From the NCBI GenBank assembly GCA_023150835.1, contig JAKLKB010000026.1, forward strand, positions 1-57,885: a stretch of 57,885 nt of DNA, written 5' to 3'. The DNA is from Myxococcota bacterium. Its GTDB lineage: Bacteria > Myxococcota_C > UBA6777. The position numbers were made by a program, and so were the translations under genes. A model generated the notes under the pieces. It ran no database searches. It saw nothing but the letters and a program-made list of their open reading frames with translations, and was not told the origin of the DNA. The stretch's first letter is position 1; the number at the start of each line of letters is the position of its first letter. This document shows, one piece after another, positions 50,001-57,885 of the stretch.

Positions 50001-50878
50001 TTGCGCATCCCCTCCCAAACCCCAAACACAAGGCTTCGTTCGTTCGTCTCGCGGAGATGGAGCTTGTCAGATTCGTGGAGATGAGGTTGCTCTTGCGATG
50101 ACACATCCGATGCTTCGGTCGATACATCCGATGCTTCGGTCGGTACATCCGATGCTTCGGTCGGTACATCCGATGCTTCGGTCGATACATCCGATGCTTC
50201 GGTCGGTACATCCGATGCTTCGGTCGGTACATCCGATGCTTCGGTCGATACATCCGATGCTTCAGTCGATGAGAATGGGGGGGACTCAGCCAAAAGAGAC
50301 GTTGATTGGGACGGAGAAACGAACGAAAGGTGCCAATCAAGCAGAGATTCGTAAGCAGTCCCAAGATGCGAGAGAGGCAACGTCGAAAAAGCTCGAGCAG
50401 AGCGTCCTCCTGTGAGTTCACGAAGGAAAGCAAAAAGCTCCGCATCGTCAAGCAAAGCAGGCGTCTCTTCCAAAAGGCGACAAGCCACGCCAAGAGGATG
50501 ATCAGGCGAAAAGGCAGGGCTTTGAATCGGAGCAAGCAACGCGCACAATGCGGCCCATCCAAAGGGTTTCGAGGGAGGATGCTGTGAAGAGAGAAGGGCC
50601 GAGGCAAGAGGCTTGGCATAGCGCAAAGAAAGAGCGCGATAAAGCGCCCACAGGCTCGATAATTTGGAGCGTTTCGGGGTCGAGAATAAACCCCGACTTT
50701 CCGCAAGAAAACGCATGCAACAACGCATCACAAAACGCAACAGCGCTTGGTGGATGATCTTGGGAGCGGGCGGTTCGCTTTGGATCGGCTCCTTCCAAAG
50801 AGACAGAGAGGCGCGGAGCAACCGTTGCAGCGCATCGCGTAAACTCGGAGAGTACGATGTGAACGATAGGTTCGACAT
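47045..50878 (-). CDS. Large N6-adenine DNA methyltransferase (type IIG/Eco57I-like architecture)
   Basis: RKGGGTFYT, VCDPAMGAGVFL, LYGVDRDPLAVE, GDALLG, FHWPLAFPEIF and IVGNPPW, followed by a TRD-like C-terminus. The start is uncertain; 50878 avoids overlap with the divergent gene. Confidence 0.88.
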   Translation of the reverse strand: MSNLSFTSYSPSLRDALQRLLRASLSLWKEPIQSEPPAPKIIHQALLRFVMRCCMRFLAESRGLFSTPKRSKLSSLWALYRALSLRYAKPLASALLSSQHPPSKPFGWAALCALLAPIQSPAFSPDHPLGVACRLLEETPALLDDAELFAFLRELTGGRSARAFSTLPLSHLGTAYESLLDWHLSFVSPSQSTSLLAESPPFSSTEASDVSTEASDVPTEASDVPTEASDVSTEASDVPTEASDVPTEASDVSTEASDVSSQEQPHLHESDKLHLRETNERSLVFGVWEGMRKGGGTFYTEPRLAELTVQRAWAQLDPEQKDRATAFSIKVCDPAMGAGVFLLAALDCITSAIQQASCERAAACPNENDAQSARPSDHFASVGEGEQEHRIVSVGEGEQVKIRRCIVRSCLYGVDRDPLAVEIARFGLWLAVGDPQMPFAELTVHLRCGDALLGSLPSLESESEPSHIFANSRYTGKISEHALSGSDDPSFAVSSWPEYSESSMAWQYTDARCALWFWPEAQRLHAPTSAMFEHPLSSWPVMTQEISQRIAKTYNFFHWPLAFPEIFSPSQRGFDMIVGNPPWETLQPNAREFFSAVAPSFRLLRKQQALVCQSALLADDPHLAVLWKQQQDDCKQIARWLKHPMSRNTQRKGHETQCDGHEAQHQDRATRHNDRKAPTNAALPTPFRYQGEGKPYTYKLFLELAYHLLRSDGHLAMLVPASLYSDKGADALRRLFLSRCRWKWLFSFENRSSLFAIDPRFKFCAVILQKGGRTKEVQTAFMQRTLEDWAHAEEHAQPYPKKRIQALSPHSLCFFELQHPRDIELLDKIIEHTEPLPKAQAHFPLVYQQGEFNMTSHSRHFLSCEQAEAQGFKPTLYGHRLRGVWKAMSKNSMSARKTLSPVQLDERQADLDPEQILSADGGSVMSLSSLRCEDILLPLYQGAMLYDYSHNAAAYWGGTGYRSRWVRHDPLAPPQSQFFVPPSLYREWPKAQHAPRIAFRALSNATNERALIVSCLTSSYPCGNSIGLFAAPQLDFPTPALLAHTALMGSLIYDWLLRHRLVGTNLNAFLMAETRLPALRAPVTGWLGMICARLCFAGVQHAPFWLRWQQEIPQHFPEIDPLLAFPNTPIQRQILHSALDAACSALFGLNRQDLHWILRDCAHPTSKSLDPKFTRTLDPKGFWRIHKQLPPDLRHTVRTLAMFDQLQQRGLEDFLSFYAKPFSWVQNEPHASTSASTDSKRKQSLQRAKADVRQVFEQENWRRCHQHAQRLAWIEHL
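50102..50269 (-). repeat. In-frame 21-bp tandem repeat x8 ((S/P)TEASDV)
   Basis: Plus-strand unit YACATCCGATGCTTCGGTCGR. Confidence 0.95.
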
Positions 50879-51047
50879 GAGACAAAACCGTGGGCCTTGC
50901 GAAGGGCCTCTTGCGTTAGAAAAGAACAGAGGGATAGCTTCGTGGCGAAAATTCTTGATTGCAAGAGGATGACTCTTTTTTAGGGCAGGCGCAAGATCGT
51001 GCGAGGTGGTCAACATGGGCAAAAGAAAAGCCAAAGGAGTGACAAGG

Positions 51048-51836
51048 ATGCGAAAGCCACAGGGCCTGATGCGGATCGTGTGGGGGTGGATGTTCTTGGG
51101 GATTGTGGTTGGGATGGGCGGTGGATGTGTGCCACGCTCACGCGCACAACCCGAAAAGATCGAGCAGAACACGGTTTCCAAACGCAAAACGCCGACTCCC
51201 CGCTCTGAAAGCATCAACGCCCGCTTTTTGAGCAAAACGTTGGACGTCGAGCACTGGCAAAAGAATTTTTCGTCGCACGGTCGGGAAGTCTGGAAACATC
51301 GACACGCGATCATCGGGCGGTTGGGATTGCGGTCGGGGATGGCTGTGGCAGATCTAGGCGCAGGGACGGGGGCCTTTTTGAATGCGCTGCGCCGTCCGAT
51401 ATTGCCGAATGGAACGCTTTATCTAGTGGATATCTCGCCGCGTTTTGTCGAGCTTTTGAATGCACGCGTCAAAAAACAAGGACTCAAGGACGTGTTGGTG
51501 ATCCAAAACACAGAGCGCTCCACCCGCCTTCCGGCCTCTTCGGTGGATGTGATCTTTACAAGCGACACCTACCATCACTTCGAGTACATCAAAGAAACCT
51601 TGGCAAGTATCCACCAAGCCCTCCGTCCCAAGGGGCGCTTTGTGGTGGTTGACTTTGAGCGGATCCCCGGGGTCTCTCGGCCTTGGATCTTGGGACACGT
51701 CAAACACGACAAAGCCCACGTGATCCGAGAAGTCCAACAGCAGGGGTTTGTGTTGTTGCGCGAAGAAAAAGTCCCCGGCCTCAAAGAAAATTATATGTTG
51801 GTATTCGAGAAACAAGAACGTCTGTTACCAAAGTAA
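51048..51836 (+). CDS. Class I SAM-dependent methyltransferase, probably exported or a lipoprotein
   Basis: VADLGAGTG, YLVDIS, DTYHHF and LRPKGRFVVVDF, with a hydrophobic N-terminus ending GGGC. Confidence 0.88.
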   Translation: MRKPQGLMRIVWGWMFLGIVVGMGGGCVPRSRAQPEKIEQNTVSKRKTPTPRSESINARFLSKTLDVEHWQKNFSSHGREVWKHRHAIIGRLGLRSGMAVADLGAGTGAFLNALRRPILPNGTLYLVDISPRFVELLNARVKKQGLKDVLVIQNTERSTRLPASSVDVIFTSDTYHHFEYIKETLASIHQALRPKGRFVVVDFERIPGVSRPWILGHVKHDKAHVIREVQQQGFVLLREEKVPGLKENYMLVFEKQERLLPK

Positions 51837-51889
51837 TATTGCTCGATTCGATCAGACAATTTGAAAACGGCACAAAGGGAAAGGAAACG

Positions 51890-53146
51890 ATGGAGAACAG
51901 GTCATTGGGAGGAGGTGCGTTGTTGGCGTTGATTATTGCCAACATCATTGGGACGGGCGTGTTTACGACGTCGGGTTATTCGGTCGGTGCGTTGGGTAGT
52001 CGGGAAGCGGTGCTGTTGGCGTGGTTGGTGGGGGGAGTGCATGCGTTGCTGGGCGCGCTAAGTTATGTGTGGCTGGTTCAGCGTTATCCGCATTCGGGGG
52101 GTGAATACCTGCTGCTGTCGCGGGCTTTGCATCCAGCGGCAGGCTACGTGGCGGGATGGGTGTCGTTGTTTGCGGGTTTTACGGGGCCGATCGCGGCGGC
52201 GGCGCATGGTTTGGAGGCATACGCAGGGATGACGGGGGTGCGTTGGTTGGGAGCAAGCGCGATCGTGCTATTTGCCTTGTTGCATGGGGTTTTTGCACGA
52301 GGCGGGGTGTGGGTACAAAATGCAGCGGTGGCGCTCAAGATGGTGTTGTTGCTTTTGTTTGTTGGATGGGGGATGTGGGGGATCACGATACGCCCCGATC
52401 TCGGATCGCTGGAAGTCGCGAACTGGTCGGCCTTTGGTTCGGCTTGTGTGTGGATCAGCTTTTCTTATACGGGCTGGAATGCTGCGGTGTACGTGGCGGG
52501 TGAGATCAAGGATATCGAACGAGATCTCTTTCGATCGACGTTGGGAGCGGTGTTGATCATCACGGCGCTGTATCTTTTTCTCAACGCGATCTTTTTGTAT
52601 GCAGCGCCGATCGCGGCCCTTCAAAACAAGGCCGATGTTGGGCGTCTTGCAGCCTCGGCGTTGGGAGGTACGGGTGCTGCGCAGTTTTTGTCAGCGATCG
52701 TGGTGTTGGCATTGGTGACGTCGATCTCTGCGATGAGTATGGCAGGGCCGCGTGTGACGTGGCAGATGGCGCGGGATGGCTATCTGCCTGCGATCTTTGG
52801 GCGCGGTGAACCCCCGCCGACGCTGGCGATCTTTCTTCAAGCGGTATTGGCTTTGGGGGTTTTTTGGTTCTCTTCGCTCAAAGAGCTTTTGGGAATGATC
52901 GGACTCACCTTGATCCTGTCCTCCGCAGGAACGGTGTGTAGCTTGTTCGTCGAAGAGTCTCGTCACGGATGGCGGCCCAAAAGCAAGCTGCATCCGTTGT
53001 TTCCGATCTTGTTTGTGATATCCACGCTTGCGATGGGCGTTTGGATGGCGTGGCGCTCGCCTAAAGAAGCGGCTGTATCGGTGGGAGTGATCATCTTGGG
53101 GGTGTTGGGCTACGCGGTGCAGCGCAAGAGAACAAAAGCAGATTAA
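51890..53146 (+). CDS. APC-family amino acid permease
   Basis: NIIGTGVF, SGGEY, FSYTGWN, GEIKD and MARDG motifs, with about 12 TM helices. Confidence 0.92.
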   Translation: MENRSLGGGALLALIIANIIGTGVFTTSGYSVGALGSREAVLLAWLVGGVHALLGALSYVWLVQRYPHSGGEYLLLSRALHPAAGYVAGWVSLFAGFTGPIAAAAHGLEAYAGMTGVRWLGASAIVLFALLHGVFARGGVWVQNAAVALKMVLLLLFVGWGMWGITIRPDLGSLEVANWSAFGSACVWISFSYTGWNAAVYVAGEIKDIERDLFRSTLGAVLIITALYLFLNAIFLYAAPIAALQNKADVGRLAASALGGTGAAQFLSAIVVLALVTSISAMSMAGPRVTWQMARDGYLPAIFGRGEPPPTLAIFLQAVLALGVFWFSSLKELLGMIGLTLILSSAGTVCSLFVEESRHGWRPKSKLHPLFPILFVISTLAMGVWMAWRSPKEAAVSVGVIILGVLGYAVQRKRTKAD

Positions 53147-54714
53147 GGGAAAAGCGGGATAGATTTGTTGATCAATTCGATCAGCTCGGAGTGTGTTGGA
53201 TCGTTGGATTGGGCGGCTTGTTTGGCGATCTCGCGGGCTTGTGTGAGCGTCCAGCCTTTGGCGTAGGGACTGCTGCGGAGGATCTCGGCAAAGCCCATCA
53301 CAGCGGTCGCAAAGCGCAGCGTCCAAGGCGTCATCTCAAAGGGACGATGCAAAAGCAGCGTCGGGACGGGGGTGACTTCTTCGGTGGCGGGGTCGTCTTT
53401 GGTGGCGTCAGGGCCTTTGTAACGCAAACGCACCGTAATCAAGGGCGTCGGCGATTGGCTTTGGATCAGGGGTTGGATCTCTTGTTGTTTGAGTTGAACT
53501 TCGTAGAGTGCGGTGACGGTGTGTCCTGCGCCCAATTCACCCGCGTCCACCTTGTCGTTGCGAAAGTCCTTGTCTGCGATATCTCGGTTTTCGTAGCCGA
53601 TCAAGCGATAACGCGCCACATAATCCTTGTTGAACTCGACTTGCACTTTTACATCCCGCGCAAGTGTCACCATGTTGCTGATGAATTTGTCCCGAAACAC
53701 CCGAACGGCCTGCTCTTCGTTGTCGACGTAGTAGCTGTTTCCGTTGCCTTTGTTTGCAAGTTGCTCCATCCGTTCGTCTTGGTAATTTCCAAGACCAAAG
53801 CCCACCGTGGTCATCGTAATTCCCTGTGCAACGTAACTTTCGATGGTCTTGAGGATCTCTTCGTAAGAAACACGACCGATATTGGCGTCCCCATCGGAGA
53901 AAACGATCACGCGGTTTTCGTGGCCTTTGACATACGCTTTGGAAGCCATCTCGTAGGCCAACTCCATACCGCTGCCCATCGCCGTGCCACCGCCTGTTCC
54001 GAGAGTATCGATGATCTGTTTGATCCGCGTTTTTTCGGTCGCGTCGGTGGGTTCGAGCAGCTTGGTGGTTCTTCCGGCATACGTCGCGATCGCAACACTA
54101 TCTCCTTTGCGAAGCTGATCAAGCAAGACAGAAAGGCTCTTTTTGACAAGACCGATGCGATCAGGGCCTGTCATCGAACAAGAAGTGTCGAGCAAAAAAG
54201 TCAAATGCAAAGGACGGCGTTCTTCTTCAGTCAGCCTTCGTCCTTGAAGACCGACACGCAAGACGTAATTCTCTTTGTTGAAAGGAGAGATCGCCCCGTC
54301 GACATGGACGAGCAAAGGTTTGTCCTTGGGCGATTCGTAGCGATAATCGAAGTAGTTGACAAATTCTTCGACACGAACGGCGTAAGCATCGGGTTTTCGG
54401 CCCGCATTCAGTTGCGCTCGCGTGTAAGTGTAAGACGAAGTATCCACATCAATGGCAAACGTGGAAAGGTTGTCGACAGCCGGATCTTCCCAAGGATTGA
54501 CCGGAGGAGGTTGCGGATTGTTGGGGTTTGGTTCGGGTGAGGAGGGCGTTCCCCCATCGCTTGTAGGAGATTCAGCCGACGCTTTTTGCGACGAATCGTG
54601 CGGATAGATCGGTGTGTTGTAAGGATTGCCGCCATAGCGAGACTCCGCAGCACACCCCACCATCATCAAAAAAACACCCATCCACAGGCTCTTGTACCAC
54701 GCGCTTGTCAACAT
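53143..54714 (-). CDS. YfbK-like VWA-domain lipoprotein (vWF_A N-terminus, VWA, DUF3520)
   Basis: STFAIDVDTSSY, VRVEEFVNYFDY, MIDAS DTSCSM, SDGDANIG, YRLIGYENR and DAGELGAGH. ATG at 54714 after GGAGG; lipobox MVGC. Confidence 0.92.
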   Translation of the reverse strand: MLTSAWYKSLWMGVFLMMVGCAAESRYGGNPYNTPIYPHDSSQKASAESPTSDGGTPSSPEPNPNNPQPPPVNPWEDPAVDNLSTFAIDVDTSSYTYTRAQLNAGRKPDAYAVRVEEFVNYFDYRYESPKDKPLLVHVDGAISPFNKENYVLRVGLQGRRLTEEERRPLHLTFLLDTSCSMTGPDRIGLVKKSLSVLLDQLRKGDSVAIATYAGRTTKLLEPTDATEKTRIKQIIDTLGTGGGTAMGSGMELAYEMASKAYVKGHENRVIVFSDGDANIGRVSYEEILKTIESYVAQGITMTTVGFGLGNYQDERMEQLANKGNGNSYYVDNEEQAVRVFRDKFISNMVTLARDVKVQVEFNKDYVARYRLIGYENRDIADKDFRNDKVDAGELGAGHTVTALYEVQLKQQEIQPLIQSQSPTPLITVRLRYKGPDATKDDPATEEVTPVPTLLLHRPFEMTPWTLRFATAVMGFAEILRSSPYAKGWTLTQAREIAKQAAQSNDPTHSELIELINKSIPLFP

Positions 54715-54850
54715 CGTGTCCTCCTTGCTATCCAAAATGCGTTCTTGCCTACAATCTGTAGGTTCGGCGATGATGCCAAGGCAAAAGGCGTACCAAGCAC
54801 CAAGAACCGTCAAACCTAACGCCGAAAGAGAGAAGGGAAACGTAGGTTTC

Positions 54851-55543
54851 ATGAAAGAAAAAGACAAGCATTTGGTCGGTATATCGGCCTCTCTTGGCCG
54901 ATGGTTGCAGGGTGTAATCGTGGGTTTTGTGATCCTCAAAGGACTTTCTACGCAGTGGTATCCGGGGGGTACGGTGTTTTCTGCGCGAGATGTCGGTTAC
55001 GATTTTTGGCGCAACTATCTTTGCGATGTGATGGCTCCTGTCGCACTCAACGGGCAGATCAACACCCACGCTTCGATCCTTTCGGGGGCTGGTGTGGGCG
55101 TGTTGTACTTGTTGGGCTTGTTGCCTGTATGGTGGTTTTTGCCGATGTTATGGGGAGGACGAAGATCGGTACGTTTGGCGCTGCGATTGTTTGGGGGATT
55201 TTCGCTGCTTGGGATGGTCTTGATGCTCGGAGAAGGAATGGGCTATCACCCCTTCTCTCACGCGGTAGTTTCGGCGATTGCGGCAGGTGCTGGCTTTACA
55301 GCGATGGCGTTGTTGGTGCTATGGCTGCCGTGGTCGGGTTATGGGACGTGGCGGCTGCGTGCGCTGGAATGGTGGATCGTGGGGTTGGGGATACTGAATC
55401 TTGTGACCTACCTGCGCACCCAATGGTTCCAAGCCCCTGTGACCGCCTTTTTGCCCGCTTCTCAAAAACTTGTGCTGATCGCGCTGCTCGTCTGGCTTTG
55501 GGTTCTCGCTGTCCACCTCCAACGCCCCCCCTCCTCTCGTTGA
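54851..55543 (+). CDS. Integral membrane protein
   Basis: YPGG..GYDFWRNYLCD motif and about six TM helices. Confidence 0.7.
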   Translation: MKEKDKHLVGISASLGRWLQGVIVGFVILKGLSTQWYPGGTVFSARDVGYDFWRNYLCDVMAPVALNGQINTHASILSGAGVGVLYLLGLLPVWWFLPMLWGGRRSVRLALRLFGGFSLLGMVLMLGEGMGYHPFSHAVVSAIAAGAGFTAMALLVLWLPWSGYGTWRLRALEWWIVGLGILNLVTYLRTQWFQAPVTAFLPASQKLVLIALLVWLWVLAVHLQRPPSSR

Positions 55544-55609
55544 CCCAAAGCCGCCCTCTCCGTGTATGGGGAAATGTAATGTATGGGTGCGACTTGTTGG
55601 ATGGTTTTG

Positions 55610-55663
55610 TGGGGTTCCACCCCACGCCCCGCAAGGGAGCGCGGCTCCCTTGACCCCGTATGG
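55610..55663 (+). repeat. Dispersed palindromic element (..CCCTTGACCCCG family), full copy
   Basis: TGGGGTTCCACCCCA hairpin followed by the CAAGGGAGC-GCG-GCTCCCTTG hairpin and ACCCCGTA. Confidence 0.75.
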
Positions 55664-56156
55664 ATGGGGCGATCACAGGTTTTCCAAAACAACGGCTCTT
55701 TCGCTTGGGGGGGTCCGAACACGGCTTTTTTATCCGCTGCGTTGATTCGATTGTATTTTATTACATACAGATCTGACTGTATGTTTTTCAATACATCTTC
55801 GTTTCGTTGATTTGTTGGTTGTTTTGTGTTTGTGAGGCGCGGCCCCACACCCCGCCACAGACTGCCGCCCGTCCCGTGTTGGTAGGGTGAGCGTTTGCTT
55901 TTCAAACTAACAGCGTTGCCGCTTGAGAGGCTGCGAACACGTCTTTTTTTGTAGTTTTGTAACTCCGATGGAAACTGCTGTGAAGTAAGACAAAAAAAGA
56001 AAAAAGCATTGATTTGCGCAGCTTTTCTCTTTATAGTGACAGTTTGGTGTAGAGTGGCGGTTGGTTGACGGAAACCAACACAAAAGCATCGCTTTGCCCA
56101 CTCTGCTTTTAACGCACCTCCCGATCATAAACGCACCTCCCGATCATACAAGAGCA

Positions 56157-56213
56157 GTCAATGACCCGCTCCTTCGGTGGCGGGCTTGCCGAAGCAAGTC
56201 CGATTGACCAGAC
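56157..56213 (+). ncRNA. HEARO/omegaRNA-like 5' structured module (IS200/IS605 IscB-type end), apparently orphan
   Basis: GTCAAT(56157)..ATTGAC(56208)CAGAC encloses hairpins CCCGC..TTCG..GCGGG and GCTTGC-CGAA-GCAAGT. Confidence 0.6.
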
Positions 56214-56350
56214 GACAACAGAGGATGTCACGCAAATGAAAAGTGTAAGAGTATTCCCACTCTAAGACCCTGAAGAATACAAAACCACCTAAGGACCGGA
56301 TTCCACAAACTTCCAACAACACAACATCTGAGATGCAAAGGAAAAAAACG

Positions 56351-57607
56351 ATGTCGAGGAAAACAAGAGTATCCGTTTGGTTATATGGCGCTATCGCCCT
56401 TTTTGGTTGGTTGGCGGGTGGTTGTTTGATGGGTGGAGCAGCTACGCCTTCATGTGCAAGCGACTCGGATTGCGCGAATGGCGAACGTTGCGTGTCGGGG
56501 CGATGCCAGACTACCGGTTGCCGCTCTGATCAAGACTGCGACGCAGGCCGCTGGTGCGGCAACGATGGTACGTGTTTGTTGTCAAAAGAAATTTATTGCG
56601 AAAAAAATGAAGACTGCCCTTCAGACGCGAATTGTAACGTGCAAGAAAGTTTATGCTCTTTACCCCGCGACTCTCAGCCCCCAGGCTGCAAATCAGCTCA
56701 AGACTGCAAATCGAGAGAAACATGTGAGGTGTCGACAGGTAAATGCGTTGAGATAGCGGTTGGGTGTCGTGCGGATAACGAGTGCAAAAACGGAGAGATT
56801 TGTAATCTCCAAACGAATCGCTGCGAAGCGGCACCCAGCGGTTGCAGATCAGCTCAAGACTGCCGCCAAGGAGAAACCTGCGACATCGCCTCTGGGCGTT
56901 GCCAAGCGTCGAATCCTTCAGGCTGTCAAAGCGACAAAGACTGCTCTGTAGAGCAAAGATGCAACGCTCAGGGCAGTTGCGAGAAAAAACCGCAAAGCAC
57001 GACTTGCTCCGAGCATTCCCAATGCAACGAGGGCTTCGCGTGCAGAATTGACCTCAAAGAGTGTGTTGAAATCCCAGCATCTGTAACGATACGAATCGAA
57101 GGCGCAATGATCGGCCCGGGAACAGCAAGCGGAGAAGGTTGGGAGGGGGGGGCAATCTCGCAAGAAGCCGCAAAAAAAATAACCGAGATCATGACAAAGG
57201 CAGCAACCTCCTATTTCGGACTTCCCAGCGACTTTGGACTGGGCGCGGCGTTGGGCGAGATTTCGTCACTGTTGGTTGGCCTTTCTGCCCCACCTGACGT
57301 TTTCGGAACGGCGGAGTTGCTATCGCCAGCCCAAACCCCGTTACAAATTGAGTTACCACAAAAAGACGACACTTATAACCCAACGTGGGGCGTCGGATGG
57401 TCAAATGTTCCTCTATCAAGAGAAGCAAAAATCCGTATAGTTTTAACCGACTACGATCCGCTAGACAGCAACGACGACATCGGCACAGCGATGTTGAATT
57501 TCAACCATCTGATCGCGGCATACTGGAAAGGCGAGGTCGTCCAAATCAACGTAGCAGGACAAACAAACAACTCCATTCTTTTTGTTGGCATTTCCGTTGT
57601 TCGTTAG
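56351..57607 (+). CDS. Cys-rich repeat lipoprotein with C-terminal C2-like domain
   Basis: Lipobox LAGGC and eight CxSxxDCxxxExC-type repeats, then PDVF..DDTYNPTW..IVLTDYDPLDSNDDIG. Confidence 0.85.
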   Translation: MSRKTRVSVWLYGAIALFGWLAGGCLMGGAATPSCASDSDCANGERCVSGRCQTTGCRSDQDCDAGRWCGNDGTCLLSKEIYCEKNEDCPSDANCNVQESLCSLPRDSQPPGCKSAQDCKSRETCEVSTGKCVEIAVGCRADNECKNGEICNLQTNRCEAAPSGCRSAQDCRQGETCDIASGRCQASNPSGCQSDKDCSVEQRCNAQGSCEKKPQSTTCSEHSQCNEGFACRIDLKECVEIPASVTIRIEGAMIGPGTASGEGWEGGAISQEAAKKITEIMTKAATSYFGLPSDFGLGAALGEISSLLVGLSAPPDVFGTAELLSPAQTPLQIELPQKDDTYNPTWGVGWSNVPLSREAKIRIVLTDYDPLDSNDDIGTAMLNFNHLIAAYWKGEVVQINVAGQTNNSILFVGISVVR

Positions 57608-57730
57608 ATGAAGATGTTGTAAGTCAGTATCGCTTGATTTTTGTAACTTTGGTGCTTGAGCAGCAAGGTTCTTCGGGGTCCGTTCAAACCAACGCCATGA
57701 GAGAGGTATCAAGATGCAACACATTTCAGC

Positions 57731-57808
57731 CAGGGCAACCAGGTGTGGTTGCCCCTACGTGTTGGAAATCACACGGTGTTTCGTAGGGGCAGGCCCCCGT
57801 GCCTGCCC
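57731..57808. repeat. Back-to-back pair of GTAG-family REP elements
   Basis: CAGGGCAACCAGGTGTGGTTGCCCCTAC on the minus strand and GTAGGGGCAGGCCCCCGTGCCTGCCC on the plus strand. Confidence 0.8.
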
Positions 57809-57885
57809 TCGATCTGTTGCGTCGGTGACCTCTTCATCGCCATCTTTTTTGAACGAACCCGTTCTTCGGGCGCGAAAGTTGAAGA

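Noticed and set aside
47045-50878. BREX or DISARM defence island
   Set aside because: No pglZ, brxC, helicase or PLD partner genes nearby; only the methyltransferase is present.
50879-51313. N-terminal extension of the DNA methyltransferase ORF
   Set aside because: It overlaps the divergent SAM methyltransferase gene head-to-head and has no recognisable motifs, so a later start is more plausible.
53191-54540. Long antisense ORFs (also 14986..16311, 2157..3269, 10782..11870)
   Set aside because: They lie opposite well-supported genes and have no motifs, as expected for codon-bias shadows.
1-57885. Apparent abundance of GATC/CGATC words
   Set aside because: An impression only. It cannot be quantified without k-mer counting, and may reflect ATC (Ile) codon preference.
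1-57885. tRNA, rRNA or prophage genes
   Set aside because: No cloverleaf, rRNA-like segment, integrase or phage structural gene was recognised.

Overview
This is a bacterial chromosomal window of about 58 kb, probably from a Myxococcota genome (inferred from MYXO-CTERM-like tails, many Cys-rich lipoproteins, and Hanks kinase/PEGA pairs). It opens with the 3' end of an IS4-family (IS50/Tn5-like) element. The left half holds surface and secreted proteins: a GH123/DUF4091-like lipoprotein, a pacifastin/Kazal multi-headed inhibitor, and a trypsin and a matrixin protease built on one shared Cys-rich stalk. It also holds a Pls/PosA-type membrane NRPS, a large transglutaminase-like protein, a 9-bp minisatellite, an outer-membrane barrel and a SEC-C protein with a HEPN-like C-terminus. 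The best candidate for an undescribed system is a co-oriented minus-strand cluster at about 35.7-46.9 kb. It contains two paralogous Ser/Thr kinase-pseudoREC-coiled coil-PATAN proteins, a cytochrome c-NnrU fusion, three DGC-like domains (free, membrane-anchored, and Cys-less fused to three TusA domains), a V4R/MetOD1-like protein and three DsrE proteins. Together these suggest a sulfur-relay or thiol-redox system wired to kinase signalling. Further right lie an orphan type IIG-like DNA methyltransferase with an in-frame repeat, housekeeping and membrane genes, and an IscB/HEARO omegaRNA-like structured remnant. Several palindromic repeat families are dispersed across the window. All family calls come from reading motifs by eye; no database search was run.
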